A stretch of DNA of 62,033 nucleotides, filler included. It is 3 parts of 3 records of this genome, joined end to end, with 100 filler letters (N's around TTAATTAATTAA, not from the genome) between each part and the next. Parts side by side here need not be neighbours in the genome. Positions count along the whole stretch, not along the records: positions 33,313 to 62,033 come from DRR378314_238; 2 more parts are not named here. One strand, given 5' to 3'. A program made the position numbers and the translations under genes. Below, piece by piece: positions 58,409 through 62,033 of the stretch. Under the pieces are notes generated by a model, which was not told the origin of the DNA, did not search any database, and saw only the letters and a program-made list of their open reading frames with translations. Numbering within the stretch: position 1 is the stretch's first letter; each line of letters starts with the position of its first letter.

Positions 58409-59311
58409 CTAGTAGGCCCACATATCTTGTTCCCTATCTCGGATAACCTCCTTAATACGTTTGGATTCCAATAATTGGAACAAGGCATTATCTGCAATAT
58501 AGTCCTTAACCTCACGGTCTCCATGCACGTTATCTTCTTTATAGATCGTTGCATTGAATCTTCTTGCATTCAACAACATATCAAAAGAAATAGGCTGCGC
58601 GGAATTCCGTTGGTTAAACACTTTGGCTTCATGTAATATCTGTCTGGCACTAGGATACCATACCCAGAACAATGGAACTTTTGCCTCGGCCAAATCCATA
58701 GATTCATCATCTATAAAGTTAACGTCCGGAGCTACAGGTGCAATACCCAACAATCGGTATTTTAGTTCACCCAATCTTTTGTCGAAATACCAGATTCCTT
58801 TAATAAGGTATTCCTCCAAATCGGCAGCAGTAAGGTTCCTACGATTAATATATTCAGGAGAAATAGGCTCTCCTGCATTAAATTGCTCGTATCCGTAGTC
58901 CGTAGTATCTACTTTTTGTAAAGTTGCAGCCAAATCGCTGAACTTTCTTTTTTCGGTAAAATAAGAGTCTACATAAACATCTGTCAATTTACCATTCTTA
59001 ATGTTTTTGATCAACACATCATACAATGACCTTCTGTCCGGACCTATATCAATAGTATCCAAAGGATAATACAGCGGAAAGTTAACACGCTCGTCCAAGT
59101 CGATTACCTCCCAAACGGTTTTGGACCAGAGAATGTCCCTGTCATCCACGTAAGCGTAAGGTAAAGGAGCGTCATTATCTTTAGCAATTTGTGCTTCTGT
59201 CTTCTTCCCTATCTCTTCCGGTAATTTGGCATTTAAAATATTTGCCTGGGCGGAAATAGACAATGGCAACAGGACCACTACTCCAATTAATAAAACATTT
59301 TTCCAATTCAT
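58409..59311 (-). CDS. gldN: Gliding motility / T9SS protein GldN
   Basis: DRDILWSK.VWE.IDL.ER.NFPLYYP, WYFDKR, RLLGIAP, LFWVWYP; start at ATG 59311. Confidence 0.95.
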   Translation of the reverse strand: MNWKNVLLIGVVVLLPLSISAQANILNAKLPEEIGKKTEAQIAKDNDAPLPYAYVDDRDILWSKTVWEVIDLDERVNFPLYYPLDTIDIGPDRRSLYDVLIKNIKNGKLTDVYVDSYFTEKRKFSDLAATLQKVDTTDYGYEQFNAGEPISPEYINRRNLTAADLEEYLIKGIWYFDKRLGELKYRLLGIAPVAPDVNFIDDESMDLAEAKVPLFWVWYPSARQILHEAKVFNQRNSAQPISFDMLLNARRFNATIYKEDNVHGDREVKDYIADNALFQLLESKRIKEVIRDREQDMWAY

Positions 59312-59368
59312 CTGTTTAAATTTATTGTTTTTAATCTTCAGCCTCACTAAAGTTGGACTGGTGAATTA

Positions 59369-59399
59369 GCCATAGCAAACATTCTTTATTTGCCATGGC
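59369..59399 (-). other. Intercistronic RNA hairpin between gldM and gldN
   Basis: Minus strand GCCATGGCAAATA-AAGAA-TGTTTGCTATGGC is a 13-bp stem, fully paired only in the mRNA sense (two G-U pairs). Confidence 0.65.
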
Positions 59400-59417
59400 C
59401 ATTTCACAACATTTTTA

Positions 59418-60986
59418 CTAGTTTGTAATCTCCACAACAACAGGAGATACCTTTTTAAGCTTATAGCTTTTGTTATTTGTAATATACGCTTCGATATCGA
59501 AAATCTGTACGGCATCGCCACGACTTGCTCTTTTAAGGGCAGACTTGGCTCTAGCGTCCAATTTGTTACCGTTAACATCTACCGTTGGCTGTCCTGGAAC
59601 TTTAAATTTAAATCCACTAACCGCAAGGTTAAGATCAAAATCAAAGTCTTCCAATAGAGCTCCAATAGTAGAGATCTCTAAGTTGTTTTTACCCATTTTA
59701 GCACTTCCGGATTCTCCTCTTACAGAACCTGAGGGTCTTGGAATATCCTTAATCCTAAACTCGGATGAAGTTTTGATCATTTGACCATCAGGCAATTTAC
59801 CGGAAGCAGTTATAGAAACAGTTCTTCCTGTACCAGGATTCATAGCGTATTTACTTCCACTCTGCTTACTAAGTCCTGGAGCGGATGCGGATACATTGTT
59901 ATCCGGAATACCAGGAATGGATATGGTTATAGGGTTGGAAACACCACGATAAACAACATTCATTTTATCAGCAGAAATTACAGCTGCATTGGGCTTGGTA
60001 ATAGTGGCAAATGTAGAGGATACTGGCACTTCTGTACGCTCTCCATCCTGCATAAACACCAAGTTACCTTCAATCTTATGATCACCAGCACTTCCAGCAC
60101 TTACGGTCAACCTTACCTTACCGTCCTCGATTACATAATCGGTACCTTCACTTAATTTTCTACCATCTAGGGTCAAGTTAACTTCGTTAGGTTTTGTAGT
60201 AGCATCTTTACGACCCAATACAATATTTCCTGCAAATTTTTCACCTGCATAAAAAGCAGATTTCTCTTGCTCCAACAAAGTGGTATAATTGGTCATGGAA
60301 ACCTCACTGCTCAACTGTCCTTGAAGCATAGCTTTTAAAGCATCTTCCTCGGTAGCCTTAATATCGGCCTGAAGTGAAGTGATCTTGGTCAAAGAAGCAA
60401 CCAAAGGATAACCTTCAAAGTTATAGTTCAACCAATCTTGTTTGGAACCATCCCTTTTAGTAACCTTACCATTCTCATCTCCAGTTTCGAACCTAGAATT
60501 TACAGAAGACTTTACAGACTCCAATTCCTTAGGCATTACTGCAGCGATCTGGGTACGATAGTTTACCAAGCGATCCAAGAACTCTTTACCATCCGCTCCA
60601 AGTTGGTCTCCTTGGAAAAAACGTTGATCCAAATAATCGGTCTTGTCCATAACTTGATAATCTTTTGGATCCTCAACATCGGCCATCATCTCCTTTTTCA
60701 AGTTTTCCAAGTATTGGTAATACTCAGCAGACAATTCCTTTATTTTCCTGGCATCCTCCAAAAGAGGGCCAAATTTCTCAGCATTTTCAGATGCTTTGGT
60801 TTCAAGACCACTTAGGAAAGCCGTATTGTTTTCCGTGGTTTTTATGTTAGAAGCTTCTAACTTTTCGTTCATAAGACCGAAAGCCGATAGAACTTCTTTT
60901 CCCATATTTAAGGCCAACATCGCGATGAAGATCAAGTACATTAGGTTGATCATCTTCTGACGTGGTGTTGCTTTTCCTCCTGCCAT
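59418..60986 (-). CDS. gldM: Gliding motility / T9SS protein GldM
   Basis: PRQKMINLMYLIFIAMLALN, SADKMNVVYRG..NP. Confidence 0.97.
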   Translation of the reverse strand: MAGGKATPRQKMINLMYLIFIAMLALNMGKEVLSAFGLMNEKLEASNIKTTENNTAFLSGLETKASENAEKFGPLLEDARKIKELSAEYYQYLENLKKEMMADVEDPKDYQVMDKTDYLDQRFFQGDQLGADGKEFLDRLVNYRTQIAAVMPKELESVKSSVNSRFETGDENGKVTKRDGSKQDWLNYNFEGYPLVASLTKITSLQADIKATEEDALKAMLQGQLSSEVSMTNYTTLLEQEKSAFYAGEKFAGNIVLGRKDATTKPNEVNLTLDGRKLSEGTDYVIEDGKVRLTVSAGSAGDHKIEGNLVFMQDGERTEVPVSSTFATITKPNAAVISADKMNVVYRGVSNPITISIPGIPDNNVSASAPGLSKQSGSKYAMNPGTGRTVSITASGKLPDGQMIKTSSEFRIKDIPRPSGSVRGESGSAKMGKNNLEISTIGALLEDFDFDLNLAVSGFKFKVPGQPTVDVNGNKLDARAKSALKRASRGDAVQIFDIEAYITNNKSYKLKKVSPVVVEITN

Positions 60987-61044
60987 TTTTCTAATTAGTT
61001 TTAATTATTAATTGATTTGGGTTTGGTTATTGAATTGTAACTAA

Positions 61045-61695
61045 TTAGTTTCTATTCATTGCAGATAACATACCACCGTAAACTCCGTTCAATGAAGAAA
61101 GGTTGGTAGCCAAAGATTCCATTTGCTCTTTAAGGGCGCTAGAATTCTGTACCACTTCCTCGTTGATAGAAGCTTGTCTGCTTGCACTTTCCAATTGTAC
61201 TTTGTAAAGACTGTTCAAAGATTCCATTTGAGCGGCAGCCTGTACCATTTCATCAGAATACTTCTTAGTAGATTCCATAGCATCAACAGTTGGAGCTATA
61301 CCTTTGGCAGCACCTTCAAAGTTTCTAATGCTAGATCCAAGACTTTCCATAAGGTTGGCATCTACACCGGCTTCTTTTAACAAATCATCCAATTTTTTGG
61401 ATAAAGAAGCTTCTGCCTCTTTCATTTCAGCTTTGGAATTGGATTTTCCAGAAGCAGCACCTCCGTTTAATTCCGGGTACACCAATGACCAATCGTATTC
61501 GTCATCTACTGGTTCAAATGCACTGATAGCAAAAATTAATGCTTCGGTAATAAGACCGATTGCCAATAACAATCCTCCCGTAAGTGGGCCAAATTGCCAG
61601 TGAAGGATCTTAAACAATGCTCCTATAATTACTACAGATGCACCAAGGCCGTAGGCCATGTTAAATAATTTCTTAGTTGATTTTGACTGTGCCAT
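61045..61695 (-). CDS. gldL: Gliding motility / T9SS protein GldL
   Basis: YGLGASVVIIGALFKILHW, TEALIF..SAFEP, W.LVYPEL, LNGVYGGMLSAM. Confidence 0.97.
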   Translation of the reverse strand: MAQSKSTKKLFNMAYGLGASVVIIGALFKILHWQFGPLTGGLLLAIGLITEALIFAISAFEPVDDEYDWSLVYPELNGGAASGKSNSKAEMKEAEASLSKKLDDLLKEAGVDANLMESLGSSIRNFEGAAKGIAPTVDAMESTKKYSDEMVQAAAQMESLNSLYKVQLESASRQASINEEVVQNSSALKEQMESLATNLSSLNGVYGGMLSAMNRN

Positions 61696-61780
61696 AATTT
61701 TAAATTTAATTAAGTAATGTTAATAATAAGTATTTGGTTTAACGTTTGATTCAATATAAAGGTCTTCTTTATTTTATATT

Positions 61781-62033
61781 CTAATTGGTAGAGTCTTCCT
61801 CTCCCATGTAATCCTGTACGGTTCTAAAACCGATATAACTACGTGCCGAATCCTGGTATTCGTAATCCCTGGTGCTTACCTGTAGGAAATAAGCAACATC
61901 TTTCCAAGATCCACCTCTTATAACTTTTCTTGCGTTTTGGGTAGATTCCGCATTGGGGTTCATAGTGGACACATATTCATAGGAATTTGGGTCATAGCTA
62001 CTATTGGTCCATTCGGAAACGTTACCTGCCATA
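61781..62033 (-). CDS. gldK: Gliding motility lipoprotein GldK, C-terminal part (5' end outside window)
   Basis: MAGNVSEW, RGGSWKDV, RSYIGFRTV; directly upstream of gldL. Confidence 0.92.
   Translation of the reverse strand, partial: MAGNVSEWTNSSYDPNSYEYVSTMNPNAESTQNARKVIRGGSWKDVAYFLQVSTRDYEYQDSARSYIGFRTVQDYMGEEDSTN

Overview
The window is not one locus. It is three unrelated bacterial contigs joined by artificial 100-nt spacers (44 N + TTAATTAATTAA + 44 N, at 19934-20033 and 33213-33312). Taxon calls are inferred from gene content and protein style. Contig A (1-19933) is Halomonas-like (Gammaproteobacteria). It begins inside what looks like the chromosomal dif (XerCD) site, then carries ectABC, gor, a beta-carbonic anhydrase, cytochrome c', msrA, tamAB, a coiled-coil protein, an atypical UDP-glucose-dehydrogenase-like gene, ubiG, a HAD phosphatase, yciK and the tolA-tolB-pal-cpoB cluster. 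Contig B (20034-33212) is Roseobacter-group-like (Alphaproteobacteria). It carries a truncated tRNA (probably Cys), pcm, tolC, a PopZ-like gene, cobQ, efp, an ABC TMD-only gene, an intact-ended 834-bp IS5-family element, ygfZ, a GT2 gene, and the start of an RpiR / N-formylglutamate amidohydrolase / TRAP cluster. Contig C (33313-62033) is Flavobacteriaceae-like. It carries a Planctomycete-type module (PSD1 cytochrome-c LamG lipoprotein + DUF1501 + Tat NHL propeller + DUF2231/cytochrome c/LRR) divergent from an AraC regulator, then YceI, an FGE-like lipoprotein, an M16 protease, an RND efflux operon, two tandem plant-type LRR proteins, an ABC-F gene and gldKLMN. The best candidate for an uncharacterised system is the cytochrome/DUF1501 module at 33313-41910. 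I saw no CRISPR array, rRNA or prophage. All family calls are from recognised motifs; no database search was run.
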